Assembly (NCBI GenBank): GCA_964433435.1
Contig: CAYSRM010000002.1
Coordinates: 1,292-65,291 of the forward strand
Length of the DNA: 64,000 nt
Reading direction: 5' to 3'
From: an uncultured Victivallales bacterium
Lineage (GTDB): Bacteria; Verrucomicrobiota; Kiritimatiellia; UBA8416; CAYSRM01
The position numbers and the translations under genes were made by a program. Every line of letters starts with the position of its first letter. Position 1 is the stretch's first letter. The notes under the pieces are model-generated. The model saw only the letters and a program-made list of their open reading frames with translations. It was not told the DNA's origin and ran no database searches. Shown here piece by piece: positions 8,998 to 19,094 of the stretch.

Positions 8998-9459
8998 TTT
9001 TATGATCCTGTCTTATTTTGCCTACAAAAGCAGGTCGGTTTCTTCGTCAAAGTTTCGTTCCAGCGCCTTGTCTTGAAACACTGAAATGCAATATTCACAC
9101 GCAAAAACGACGGTTTCCTTTGCCGGGTTGAACCCTTAAGAATACCTTCGCTGTATGCTGGCGAAGTATGTGCATGCACCATTTGTTCGCCATCGCGAAG
9201 CGATACGTTATGGACATTTATTACCAGTTTTTGAGATATTTGCAGATGATGTCCTGGAAAAGCAAGCGTCAAAACACATTTTGGCGCTTGCCGAGAAATG
9301 GAACAGGCCTTATTCCAGATCACACGCCCTGCATAAGTATTGAGCGCTGATTAGAAAAAAGTTGACACAGGACAAACTAAACAACACTTTTCTCTTTGAT
9401 GGCGGCATTGAGCTGCGTTTTGTTTTGAAAAAATAAGCGCTATAAAGAAGGTGTGTCGT

Positions 9460-12400
9460 ATGAGAGGATATTGGCGGACCGGTTTTGTCGGGGCGTGTGT
9501 GGCGATGTGGGTAGGACTGGTCGCGGGGCCGGCGGAGGCGGTGGTGAAATTTACCGAACGGCCGGCGGCGGCTGAAGAGAAGGGCGAGGTCCGGATTCGT
9601 TTTGCCGTGGATCTGGAAACGGACGTGGCGGTGAGTATTCGGAATGGGGCTGGAAAGGTGGTCCGGCATTTGGCGGCAGGGCGACTTGGAAAGCGGGCGC
9701 CGTCGCCACTACAGCCGGATTCGCTGGCACAGTCGCTGGTCTGGGACGGCAAAGACGACTGGGGGCGTCAAGTGGAGCCGGGCCGTTACACAGTTGAGGT
9801 GGGCCTGGGGCTGACGGCGAGCCATGAGAAGAATTTGGATTGGGATCCCCGGCGGATCGGCACGGTGCATGGCCTGGCGGTTTTGAGCGGCGGCAATGTG
9901 TTGGTTATGAGCGAGACGGGGCGGGACAACAGAGACAGCCAGATTCAGGTGTTTACGGGCACGGGCAAGTACGTGCGAACTCTGGTGCCGCGGTCGGCGT
10001 CCATCGCAGTCGATCGCGCTAAACCTCTGGGGGAAATGATTCTTGCGACCGGCGAACGGTTTCCCAGTTCGCTTTTGCCTCAGTTCGGCGGGCGGGTTTA
10101 TCAGGTTCCGCTGGCAATGCCGGACGGCGACATTATCATCTGCAACTGGCTGGCGCCGCAGGGGCATGCGGAGGCGAAGCGGTTTCGGAGCAAGGCATGG
10201 CGTCAAGACTTGGACCGGCGCTTGCTGAGGCTGGCCGCCGATGGCGGGGCGTCTTCCGCCGGATACCTTGGACCGACGTTAACCGGAGACCTTGAAAAGG
10301 CCGTGGTTTTTCTGGCGCTTGGGCCGGATAACCTGATCTATCTTTCTGGCGGTTCCGGCGCGGTATATCGGGTGAAGTGGGGGGAGAATGAAAAGCCGGA
10401 GGTGTTTGTCAAGGGTCTGAAACAGCCGCGCGGAATCGGGTTCGACGCGGCGGGGAATCTGTACGTGGCCGACCGAGGTCTTCACAAGGTGGTCGTTTTT
10501 AACCAAAGAGGGAAACGCATCGCCGAAATTCCGGTGGAATGGCCGCGACATCTGTGTGTTCACCCCCAACGCGGCCATATGTATCTTACCGCTGGTTATG
10601 AAAAACAACGTTTACTCAAGTTTGACAGTATGAAGAGTGTCGCGCCGGCGGTTGCCGTGGATTTAGTGACCGACTGGCCGTTCCTTGCGCTGGACACGTC
10701 GGCCCGCCGGCCGGTTCTGTATGTCGGTAATACGCACGTGAGTAAAAGGCCGGGGGCGTCGAACATGGGGATCACGCGTTTTGTGGACAAAGGATCAACG
10801 TTGGCGCCGGCCGGTATGCTGGGCGAAGCAGCGCGGCCGAGGCAGCCGTTGCTCTACGGAGTTGACCGGGTGTGGGACAAGATTTACGGGAACTGGCCAT
10901 TCAGTGACTGGTGGCGGATGGACGGGGCAACCGGAGCGGTGGAGACGTTCGATCCGTTAGTGTCGCCCAAGGCGAACGGCATCACGGAGATCGCGGCGTC
11001 TCCCGACGGGCTTGTGGTGGCGCATGTGCGTGGTGAAATCGGGCGACTGGATCATCATCTGCGTCCGTACCCGTTTGCGGCGACAGGTTCGTATATTGCC
11101 GAGCTTCCGAATGAAGACAGCATTCGGAGCTATTATGGGCGCGATGTGGCGATGGCGCCGGACGGCGGTATGTACTGGATTTTCGAGAGAGGCGGGTACA
11201 ATCAGCCCATGCGGTGTTCTGCACTGGATTTCCGGGGTGAAACGAAGCGGGATTCCCTTATTGTTTTCGAAAGCGGCAGTCCGGCGGGTGTTCGGGTGGA
11301 TCGTAAGGGGAACATCTACGTGGCGGACCATCTCAAGCCTTTGGACAAGCTGGTGCCGGACGCGGTAAAGGAGGTGGTGCAACCGCGCAGGCGGGACTTG
11401 TTCGTCCATCATTACGGGAGTTTGCTGAAGTTCAAACCCACGGGGGGAGCGGTGCGCCTACTGAGCCGAGGGAAGCCGACGGTTCGGAAACTGGAGCCAG
11501 GCCAGATGCAGTTCACGGCTGCAGAAGGAGTAGGAGATTTCGTAGTGGACGGCGCCATCTGGAGCTATTTCGGAGTCTCAATGATCCGGCCCGCGCGACC
11601 GCGCGACGGATGTCAATGTTGGACACCGCGGTTTGATCTGGACGATTTCGGGCGCGTTTTTGTGCCGGATCAGCTCCGCTGCCGGATCGTGGTGCTGGAC
11701 GGCAACGGGAACGAAATCCTGGCCTTTGGACAATACGGGAATATGGATGACAAGCCGGTAAAGGGCGAAGATGGGATTCGCTGCATTCCGCTCGCTGATC
11801 CGCGGACGGTGATGGTTGGACGCGATTCAATCTATGTGGGGGACATGACCAACCTGCGCGTGGTCAAGGTAGGGTTGTCCTATCGCGTTTCCGACACGTG
11901 TGGCGTCACCCTGAAGCGGACGCCCCTGGCGCCGACACAGGTCATGACGGCTCTTCGCCGGTACGCTCGAGAATTGAGCCCGTACGCGGCAGACAACCTT
12001 AACTGGGATCTTGTTGAAACGCGTATTCTGCGTCTCGGCGAAGATGTAACTCGGGATGAAGCGCGGGCGGAACTGTGTCTGGCCTGCCGCGATCTCGTGA
12101 AGTGGCCGGAAAAAGAGCTGAAGACATTGCTGGGAAATGCGCTTCAGAGCGAATCCGAGGTGTTGCGTTGTGCAGCGCTTTGGACGCTTTGGGACGGATT
12201 TGGGGGCGAGACGGGCGGGGAGATGCTGAAAACGGCGGCGGAAGAAGACGACTCGGAGCTGGTTCGGACCGTGGCGGCTGTCACGTTGCTTAGCATGGAC
12301 GACACTGCGGGACTGGCGCAGGTGTTTGAGAGCGCGATGTCGGCGAACGACGTTGTCTATCGGCTTGCTGAGACTGCCATCCTTAAGAAGGCGATTATGC

Positions 12401-13080
12401 GCGATGCCGAACACCCCAAAGCGCGGCTTGTGGATAAATGGCAGGTGATCGTTCCGCGGTATGAGATAGGCGATCGCGAGGTGGATTCTCTGGTTAAAAT
12501 ACTGAAGCAGATAAGCAAGCGTGATGAGAAAGGCCGTGTGACATCGTGGTATCTTCAGCGAGCCGCGATTTTTCTGCTTGGGTTGAGCGAGAACGAAAAG
12601 GCCGCACAAGCCCTGCACGGGGAGCTGGTGAACGGCAAACCGATCGGCAAAAATCTCAACCGGTTTATTGGCGGTCTTGGCGCCTTGAGATACCGGCCGG
12701 CTGTGAAGGATCTGCTGTTCTATCTGGCCCGCGGGTCAAACTCGTCGTGGCGGGGCGGGCATGGCGACCAGGCCGAAATGTACTCGGCAACAGCGCTGGG
12801 CAGGCTGGGCGCGCCAGAGTCGGTGAGCCCGGTAATTGATCTGCTGGACAGCAGGACTAAAGGCGTGTCCGAAGAGGCCCTGCGTGCCTTGACCCTGATG
12901 TTCGATCCGTCATGTCCTGCGGACAGCCGTGTGGTGCCGGCTGGCGACAAACTCGAGCGCGTGCGCATGGATGCGTTGCCGGACGCAAAGGCGAGGAAGA
13001 AGGCATGGGCGGATTACTGGGCGGCCCACAGTGAAGCGTACGCCTGGCAGAAAAAAGGGTGGGGCTTGGGGCGGAAATAA
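9460..13080 (+). CDS. large secreted NHL-repeat beta-propeller + C-terminal HEAT/PBS-lyase-like repeat protein
   Basis: ATG 9460 with GAAGG RBS. Signal peptide MRGYWRTGFVGACVAMWVGLVAGPAEA. Repeated …YVAD… NHL motifs (NLYVADRGLHKVVVFN, NIYVADH). The C-terminal third is alpha-helical HEAT-like repeats (AALWTLWDGFG…, VAAVTLLSM…). Confidence 0.6.
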   Translation: MRGYWRTGFVGACVAMWVGLVAGPAEAVVKFTERPAAAEEKGEVRIRFAVDLETDVAVSIRNGAGKVVRHLAAGRLGKRAPSPLQPDSLAQSLVWDGKDDWGRQVEPGRYTVEVGLGLTASHEKNLDWDPRRIGTVHGLAVLSGGNVLVMSETGRDNRDSQIQVFTGTGKYVRTLVPRSASIAVDRAKPLGEMILATGERFPSSLLPQFGGRVYQVPLAMPDGDIIICNWLAPQGHAEAKRFRSKAWRQDLDRRLLRLAADGGASSAGYLGPTLTGDLEKAVVFLALGPDNLIYLSGGSGAVYRVKWGENEKPEVFVKGLKQPRGIGFDAAGNLYVADRGLHKVVVFNQRGKRIAEIPVEWPRHLCVHPQRGHMYLTAGYEKQRLLKFDSMKSVAPAVAVDLVTDWPFLALDTSARRPVLYVGNTHVSKRPGASNMGITRFVDKGSTLAPAGMLGEAARPRQPLLYGVDRVWDKIYGNWPFSDWWRMDGATGAVETFDPLVSPKANGITEIAASPDGLVVAHVRGEIGRLDHHLRPYPFAATGSYIAELPNEDSIRSYYGRDVAMAPDGGMYWIFERGGYNQPMRCSALDFRGETKRDSLIVFESGSPAGVRVDRKGNIYVADHLKPLDKLVPDAVKEVVQPRRRDLFVHHYGSLLKFKPTGGAVRLLSRGKPTVRKLEPGQMQFTAAEGVGDFVVDGAIWSYFGVSMIRPARPRDGCQCWTPRFDLDDFGRVFVPDQLRCRIVVLDGNGNEILAFGQYGNMDDKPVKGEDGIRCIPLADPRTVMVGRDSIYVGDMTNLRVVKVGLSYRVSDTCGVTLKRTPLAPTQVMTALRRYARELSPYAADNLNWDLVETRILRLGEDVTRDEARAELCLACRDLVKWPEKELKTLLGNALQSESEVLRCAALWTLWDGFGGETGGEMLKTAAEEDDSELVRTVAAVTLLSMDDTAGLAQVFESAMSANDVVYRLAETAILKKAIMRDAEHPKARLVDKWQVIVPRYEIGDREVDSLVKILKQISKRDEKGRVTSWYLQRAAIFLLGLSENEKAAQALHGELVNGKPIGKNLNRFIGGLGALRYRPAVKDLLFYLARGSNSSWRGGHGDQAEMYSATALGRLGAPESVSPVIDLLDSRTKGVSEEALRALTLMFDPSCPADSRVVPAGDKLERVRMDALPDAKARKKAWADYWAAHSEAYAWQKKGWGLGRK

Positions 13081-13208
13081 GGGGCATAGGCGTTCCGGGT
13101 CTGTCCGCGAGGTATGCGCGTGGAGCGATATTTTCCCGCGTCTGTGAATCAGTCATGGTTTGGTTGCCAAACGGAGGATATGGATGAAAACGATAAGTAA
13201 AGTTCTAG

Positions 13209-13384
13209 CCCGCATATCTCGCAAAATTCCTGCTGCGATCGCGAATAGCGCCACTGTGAGGGCACGAGTTGACCAAACACCAGATTGCAGTATGTCTATA
13301 CGGCTGCTCCGGCGTTTTATCAATTTACGCCCCCGCAGCAGCGCTTTCCACGCTCTCACTACGAAATTCTGTGAGATATGCGGG
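13209..13384 (+). mobile_element. MITE-like repeat copy 2 (176 bp; lacks the internal 21-bp CCGCCGTATGGCGGACAGGC hairpin segment)
   Basis: Same TIRs as copy 1 (CCCGCATATCTC… / …CTGTGAGATATGCGGG) and same orientation. It ends 9 bp before the first plausible start codon of the downstream gene. Confidence 0.75.
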
Positions 13385-13393
13385 CTAGCCTTA

Positions 13394-16300
13394 ATGATAT
13401 TTGCCGTCGGTTGCGGCTCTCCGTTGGCGGTGGCCAATGGCATGGAGGCGCAGACAAAACTTGACCTTCGTGTGTTTGACGGGAGGGCCTCAAGCTTCCT
13501 GGCGCGGATGGAGGAAGCGGGCATGCCGGTGTATAGGCTGACGGATGTGGCGGAGATTCGCGTGCCGCCGTTGGCCGGGGTAACGGATCCCCGGACGGCA
13601 TTGGAGCAGGTGGCCGCGGCGAGCGATTTGCATCTGGAATGGGTGGAGAACAAACCGCTGTTGTGCTATCTCTCGCCGCCGGGACAAAAGCGTGTTCTCC
13701 AAGACAAGGACGATGTCGACACTATAGGATGGAGCGGAAGCAAACAGGATGTTGCCGCTATTCTTGCCTTTTCGCGTAAAGCCGATCCGCCGTTGAAGCG
13801 GGCTTGCGCGGAAGCGGTGCTTCGTTTCGGCCGCGCCGCTGGTGCGGCCTTGCTCGACCGGGAAGCCGCCGAGGATCTGGTCAGGTTTGCTTTGACCGAT
13901 GACAACTGGCTTTTGCGTCGGCAAGCGGTTCTTGCGGCCGTTGATCTGGGCCTGGATAATGCCGCTGCGATGGTCGAAAAAGCGGCCATGGATAAGCATT
14001 CCGAGGTGGTTCGCGCTGCCGCGCTTGCGGCTGGACGTCTGGGTGGCGAGAAGGGTGCGGCGATTCTTGAAAAGCTTTTGAACCCGGAGCACGTGGACCG
14101 GCGTTTTCGCAGGGATGTTCGGTTTGCGGTGACTTATGGCTGTGCCGAATTGGGGACGGACAAGGCCGTCGAGCTTCTCGATAAACTCGTAGAGGGGAAG
14201 GACGCCTATCTGGCGGTTTGGGCGTTGCGAGCGGCGGGCCTGGTCGGGAATGATCGCGCTCTGGCTTTGCTGAAGGAGGCGGCGGCCGATTCCGACCCGA
14301 GGAGAAAACGGGGAGCGGCAATCGGGCTGGGTCATTGCCGGGCCGAGGGAGCCGTCGAGACATTGGCACCGCTGGCAATGTTTTCCCCACCCCGGGAAGG
14401 GATGTGGGTTCAGCCTCAGAATGCGGCAGCGGTCGCACTGGGCCGACATGGCACAAAAGAAGCGGTAAAGATCCTGATCGAAGCCTGGGATAAGCCGGCG
14501 GACTCGCCAAGGCTTGGGATCCTGTACGCGCTGGGGTTGGCGGGAACGCCGGCAGCGCTGGATTTTCTCGAAACGCAGCGCAAGAACCCGGATGAGCGGC
14601 TTCAACAGGCTGCTTCCTGGGCATTGGACAAAAAAAATGGTATGGAGGGTGGGCCCGTTAAGGCGGATGGTGTGGAGGTAGAGGTGCTTCCCGGACGTCC
14701 GCGTCTCTGGCTGCGGGCTGGCAATCGAGACGGTTACGAGGGGCCAAGCCTCGTGAAAATCCGCCGGAACTTCAGGCGGCCGGATTACCGGCGGGCAGCC
14801 AAAATGGACAAGCTGCCCCGGGACCGGATGGGACAATTGGTTCTATGGTTGGTGTCCGGCGACGAGTTTGCGGGGATGGACGCTGCTGCATGGGCCTGCG
14901 AAATGCAGGACAAGGGCATTGCGCGGGCGCGTGGAAGGACGCCGAGTTACTGGGGCATCAGTGTTCAACGCACGGCCGCAGCCTACGACTGGCTTCATGG
15001 CCATGGCGACGTGGACCCCGTTACCCGCCGCATGATAATGCACCATCTGGAGGATTGGGCTTTGAATGCCTATGAATGGGTGGAAAAGAAGCATTCAACT
15101 GTCTTTTACTCCAGACGATGGGGTGCGCTGGCGGGCTGCGGGGTGGCGGGCCTGGCCTTGTACGGAGACAGTCCCCTGGCGGACAAGTGCGTTGAACTTG
15201 CGGCCTGGCATATGACGGCGGCGGACGGCCTGGGAAGCATACGCCAGGCTCAGGACGGGGTGACAGCAGGTTCGTGTTATGGACTTCACCATATGTTTAC
15301 GGACAATGCGAATCTGGTGGCTGCCCTTACCTATGCGACGGACCTGGACGTGGCGTCCATTATCCGGGAGCAGCGCGGGGACTGGCTCCGGAAGCAGCTT
15401 TACTTCCAGATGCATTGCACCTATCCGGACGGCACTTTTCTCAAGGACGGCGATATGTGGTCCGGCGCCAGCGAAAGAAGCCAGTATCGGATGCAGGTGG
15501 ACGTGGTAACGGGGCTTTATCAAGACGGTTTCGGGCGAACTTGGGCCGACCGGATGGCGGCGCGGTGGCCGGCGTACTATCCGTCTGACTACCACACCAA
15601 ATATGTCTGGCAATTCTTTGTGTTCAACGACCCGGATGTGAAGGGGCGGCCGTTAGCGGAAATGCCGCGCTGCATGCTGTTCAGTCCGAAACTGGACGGC
15701 TATGTTCTGTGGCGGTCCGGATGGGGCAAGGACGACACGGTGGTTCATTTTCATTGCGGGGATTCGCTGGATATGCACGGCGGCTATGACCAAGGCAAAT
15801 TCGTTATCTTCAAGCACAAGCCGCTGGCCAACAAGAACGGCATATACAAGCACTTCGGATCGCCGTTGCACAAGTATTACAGGAGCGCCCTGAGCGCCAA
15901 TGTGGTGATTTTCGATTCACCTGTCAGAAGAGGCAAGGGACGTACGACAGAGCAGATTGGTTATCAGAACAAGGCCGGCGGAGTGAATTCGTTCGATGAG
16001 TTCAAGAAGGTCCGCGCTTCCTTCGGGCCGCCGGTCGGCAAAATTGTGAAGCATGAAGTCACAAAGAACTATGCCAGGGCTGTGGGTGTTCTTGACGGCT
16101 CCACGCAGGACAAGGGCAAGGAAAATAAATGGACGAGAGAGATGGTTTTCCTGGACTATCAATATGTTGTGGTTCTGGACAGGGTGCGAACCGGTCCGCA
16201 AAGCAGCGCCAAATGGTTGCTTAATTTCGAAAAAGAGCCTCGGGTTGAGTCCGATGTTATCCGGTTTGACAATGAACCCGGCCGCTTGTTCTGTCGGACA

Positions 16301-16543
16301 CTCTTGCCCGAAAACCCCGCCTTCAAGAAAGTTGGCGGCAACGATGCGCCCGAGGTCATGCGCCACCAGTGGCGCGTTGAGGTGAGCGGACCCGATCCCG
16401 GCGCCGCGGACCAGGTATTCCTGCACGTTCTGTTTCCGGCGGAGACAACGACGAAAGCCATGCCTAAGTGCGAGGTTAGGAAAAAGGGAGCCGAGTATGT
16501 AGTAACCGTCGGAGGGCAGACGATTTCGGTTGGAGCAGAGTGA
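13394..16543 (+). CDS. HEAT-repeat + heparinase II/III-like polysaccharide-lyase-domain protein
   Basis: N-terminal about 400 aa of PBS-lyase HEAT-like repeats. The C-terminal region has the …HFHCGDSLDMHGGYDQGKFVIFKHKPLA… signature of heparinase II/III-like/alginate-lyase-type domains. The start is uncertain: the ORF is open in frame back through the MITE to 13160, ATG 13394 gives MIFAVGC(lipobox-like)GSP, and ATG 13274 lies inside the MITE. Confidence 0.6.
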   Translation: MIFAVGCGSPLAVANGMEAQTKLDLRVFDGRASSFLARMEEAGMPVYRLTDVAEIRVPPLAGVTDPRTALEQVAAASDLHLEWVENKPLLCYLSPPGQKRVLQDKDDVDTIGWSGSKQDVAAILAFSRKADPPLKRACAEAVLRFGRAAGAALLDREAAEDLVRFALTDDNWLLRRQAVLAAVDLGLDNAAAMVEKAAMDKHSEVVRAAALAAGRLGGEKGAAILEKLLNPEHVDRRFRRDVRFAVTYGCAELGTDKAVELLDKLVEGKDAYLAVWALRAAGLVGNDRALALLKEAAADSDPRRKRGAAIGLGHCRAEGAVETLAPLAMFSPPREGMWVQPQNAAAVALGRHGTKEAVKILIEAWDKPADSPRLGILYALGLAGTPAALDFLETQRKNPDERLQQAASWALDKKNGMEGGPVKADGVEVEVLPGRPRLWLRAGNRDGYEGPSLVKIRRNFRRPDYRRAAKMDKLPRDRMGQLVLWLVSGDEFAGMDAAAWACEMQDKGIARARGRTPSYWGISVQRTAAAYDWLHGHGDVDPVTRRMIMHHLEDWALNAYEWVEKKHSTVFYSRRWGALAGCGVAGLALYGDSPLADKCVELAAWHMTAADGLGSIRQAQDGVTAGSCYGLHHMFTDNANLVAALTYATDLDVASIIREQRGDWLRKQLYFQMHCTYPDGTFLKDGDMWSGASERSQYRMQVDVVTGLYQDGFGRTWADRMAARWPAYYPSDYHTKYVWQFFVFNDPDVKGRPLAEMPRCMLFSPKLDGYVLWRSGWGKDDTVVHFHCGDSLDMHGGYDQGKFVIFKHKPLANKNGIYKHFGSPLHKYYRSALSANVVIFDSPVRRGKGRTTEQIGYQNKAGGVNSFDEFKKVRASFGPPVGKIVKHEVTKNYARAVGVLDGSTQDKGKENKWTREMVFLDYQYVVVLDRVRTGPQSSAKWLLNFEKEPRVESDVIRFDNEPGRLFCRTLLPENPAFKKVGGNDAPEVMRHQWRVEVSGPDPGAADQVFLHVLFPAETTTKAMPKCEVRKKGAEYVVTVGGQTISVGAE

Positions 16544-16631
16544 GAATCACGGCGGTGCAATCGCTACGGGAAGGCTTGCCTGGATGGACGGCGAGTCTCC
16601 CCCGAATACATCATTGCAGGGGCCTGCGGTA

Positions 16632-16668
16632 TCCGCGCTCGCAGCAGGAAATCTGTGAGATATGCGGG
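16632..16668 (-). repeat. MITE-family fragment (left-terminal about 37 bp, inverted orientation)
   Basis: TCCGCGCTCGCAGCAGGAAATCTGTGAGATATGCGGG is the reverse complement of the left end of copy 1. Lies 31 bp upstream of the GH94-like gene start. Confidence 0.6.
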
Positions 16669-16699
16669 TTAGGCTTGGATAGAGAAAGGGAGTTTGCTT

Positions 16700-19039
16700 A
16701 TGCCGCCCCATCCCCGGTTCATTAACGAAGATAGGCGCTATACGGTGCGGGACGCCAACGGCAGCGTTTGTGCCGACAGCTACCTGCACAACGATGCGCT
16801 TTATATTAAGGCGGACCAGCGCGGCAACGTGGCGGCGCATTTCAACCAGCCGCAGTTCACGCGTTATTCGGAAGGCCTTCGAAGCTTCTACATCCGCGAC
16901 AAGAAATCCGGCGAGTTCTGGAGCGCTCCCTTCGACCCGGTTCAGGTTCCGGCGGAACGCTTCGAGTTTTCCGCCGGGCTGGACGACCTGGTCTGGATCA
17001 ACCAGACCCATGGCATCGAAACCGTCCTCCGTCTCTTTGTCCCGCGCCACGACTGTGTCGAGGTCTGGACGGCCACCCTGGCCAACCGATCCAGTTACAC
17101 CCGCCGCCTTTCGGTTTTTAGCTATTTTCCTATCGGTTCTCCCAGTTCGTTGTACCAGAGGGGAAATTTTGATTCCAATTTGAATGGCATTGTTCTGTGG
17201 CATTTTCCGGGGCACAGCGATGCGGAAGAGTACTGGAGACTCAAGGAAGGCCATAACTTCACGTTTTGCCTGGCGGACCGAAAACCGGTAGCATATGAAA
17301 CCACGCGCGAGGCCTTTCTCGGACATACCGGGTTAAAGTCGCCGCATGGACTCATGCGGCGCCGGTTGGCCAGTCGCCCCTGTTTTATGGATCCGTGCGC
17401 AGCTATCATGCAATTTTCCGTTACGTTGAAAGCGGGACAGGAAACGGACTTGCGGTTTCTTTTTGGGCCGGCCGTGGACCGAACCCGGATTCGTCGGCTC
17501 CGGACTCGTTATTTTCGTCCGGGCGGTTTCGAGCGCGCCTGGCGTATGGTCGAAGCGTTCCGGGAAAAACACGCGCCCGCCGTTCGGATTGAAACCCCCG
17601 ATAAGGTTCTGAATAATTTTGTCAACGATTGGCTTCCCAAACAGACTATCTATTGCGGATATAATCAGCGCATGAGTATGGCTCCCTGTATCCGCAATTG
17701 CCTGCAGGATGCGATGGGCCTGGTTTTCAACGCCCCGCAACGGGCGCGCGAGCTGTTTCTGAAAGCTTTCGCGGAGCAGGATTCGGATGGCGGACTCTGG
17801 ATGTCGGTCATGCTGGCACCCGTTTCCTTGGACCGCGGGTTTGTTGCCAAACATCGGGACAAGAACGTCTGGAGTCCCTTTGTGCTGCAGTACTATCTTT
17901 TGGAAACCGGCGACAACAGTCTGCTCACGGAACCGGTTCCCTTCAAGGATGCCCCGCGGCAAAAAGCCTCGGTATTCGATCACGTTTGCCTTGGGCTCGA
18001 CTGGTTGCTCAGGGATCGCACGCGCCGGGGACTCAGTCTTTTGGGCGAAGGAGATTGGTGCGATCCCCTTAACATGGCCGGCGTGCGCATGAAAGGCGAG
18101 TCAGTTTGGTTAAGCCAGGCTTTGGTTCACGCGCTCGATATCTGGAGTGACGTGTCGGAGGATCTAGCACACCGTCCGGATATCGCTGCGCGCTACCGCA
18201 AAGAGGCAGAGAAGCTCCGGCAAATTATCAACCGACATGCCTGGGATGGAGCTTGGTACGCCGCAGGTTTTACGGATGCAGGCAAACCATTCGGTGTTGC
18301 CGCCGATCGCGAAGGAAAGGTGTGGCTCAATGCGCAGAGCTGGGCATTGATCGGCGGAATTGCTACAGAATGGCGGGCCGAGCGCGTGCGCAAAAGCGTT
18401 GCCCGCTGGGTTTCCACGCCGACCGGACCCACCGTCCTAAGTCCTGCCTACACCTCAATGCGGGAGGATATCGGCCGGGTGACAATCAAGGTTCCCGGGA
18501 CCAATGAAAATGGCGCAATCTATTGCCATGCAGCCTCCTTTATGGCTTATGCGCATTACCTCACGCGCAGTCCGGACGAAGCTTTTGCCGTTCTGCGGCC
18601 GCTTCTTCCGGGTGGACGGGGCAATCCCAACACGGTTGCCCGGTGCGGGCAACTGCCCCTATACATTCCCAATATGTATCGCGGACCGGGCGCCGGATGG
18701 ACGGCCGGACAAAGCAGCCGCGATCCCGCCACAGGTACGGCCGCCTGGTTCTATCGGCTCGTGATCGGACACCTGCTCGGGGTTCGCGCCGAACCGAATG
18801 GACTGCGCCTGGATCCGCAGCTCCCTTCCTATTGGTCCCGTGCGCGTGTGTGGCGCCGTTTTCGTGGCGCGGAATTCGATATCGTCATAACGCGAAACCG
18901 TAAAGGATCCCGCATCGAAGTCGAATTGGATGGGAATCGGCTTCAAGACACGATTGTCCCGCCGCAAGAACCTGGGAGCACACACAAAATAACGGTGCGT
19001 TATCCGGCTATTGAAGATGATAAACCGAATATTACATAA
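16700..19039 (+). CDS. GH94-like (cellobiose/chitobiose-phosphorylase type, former GT36) (alpha/alpha)6-barrel glycoside phosphorylase
   Basis: ATG 16700 with AAAGGGAG RBS. N-terminal beta-sandwich plus (alpha/alpha)6 region containing the GEGDWCDPLNMAG catalytic-acid-type motif of GH94/GH65-clan phosphorylases. No signal peptide. Confidence 0.65.
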   Translation: MPPHPRFINEDRRYTVRDANGSVCADSYLHNDALYIKADQRGNVAAHFNQPQFTRYSEGLRSFYIRDKKSGEFWSAPFDPVQVPAERFEFSAGLDDLVWINQTHGIETVLRLFVPRHDCVEVWTATLANRSSYTRRLSVFSYFPIGSPSSLYQRGNFDSNLNGIVLWHFPGHSDAEEYWRLKEGHNFTFCLADRKPVAYETTREAFLGHTGLKSPHGLMRRRLASRPCFMDPCAAIMQFSVTLKAGQETDLRFLFGPAVDRTRIRRLRTRYFRPGGFERAWRMVEAFREKHAPAVRIETPDKVLNNFVNDWLPKQTIYCGYNQRMSMAPCIRNCLQDAMGLVFNAPQRARELFLKAFAEQDSDGGLWMSVMLAPVSLDRGFVAKHRDKNVWSPFVLQYYLLETGDNSLLTEPVPFKDAPRQKASVFDHVCLGLDWLLRDRTRRGLSLLGEGDWCDPLNMAGVRMKGESVWLSQALVHALDIWSDVSEDLAHRPDIAARYRKEAEKLRQIINRHAWDGAWYAAGFTDAGKPFGVAADREGKVWLNAQSWALIGGIATEWRAERVRKSVARWVSTPTGPTVLSPAYTSMREDIGRVTIKVPGTNENGAIYCHAASFMAYAHYLTRSPDEAFAVLRPLLPGGRGNPNTVARCGQLPLYIPNMYRGPGAGWTAGQSSRDPATGTAAWFYRLVIGHLLGVRAEPNGLRLDPQLPSYWSRARVWRRFRGAEFDIVITRNRKGSRIEVELDGNRLQDTIVPPQEPGSTHKITVRYPAIEDDKPNIT

Positions 19040-19094
19040 TGCGTAGCTCGGTCCGAACTTTCAAACACATTGTTTATGCTCGAAAGGAAAACTA

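Noticed and set aside
9361-9400. TTGACA hexamer about 95 bp upstream of the 9460 gene as a −35 element
   Set aside because: No acceptable −10 hexamer at 16-18 nt spacing. Left unannotated.
13490-14836. 448-aa minus-strand ORF, plus other long antisense ORFs at 13666-14624, 11827-12618, 16547-17326, 19092-19724 and 20681-21262
   Set aside because: They lie antisense to well-supported large genes in a region that looks GC-rich. Their Pro/Arg/Ser/Gly-rich low-complexity translations are typical of stop-codon-poor GC-rich antisense frames.
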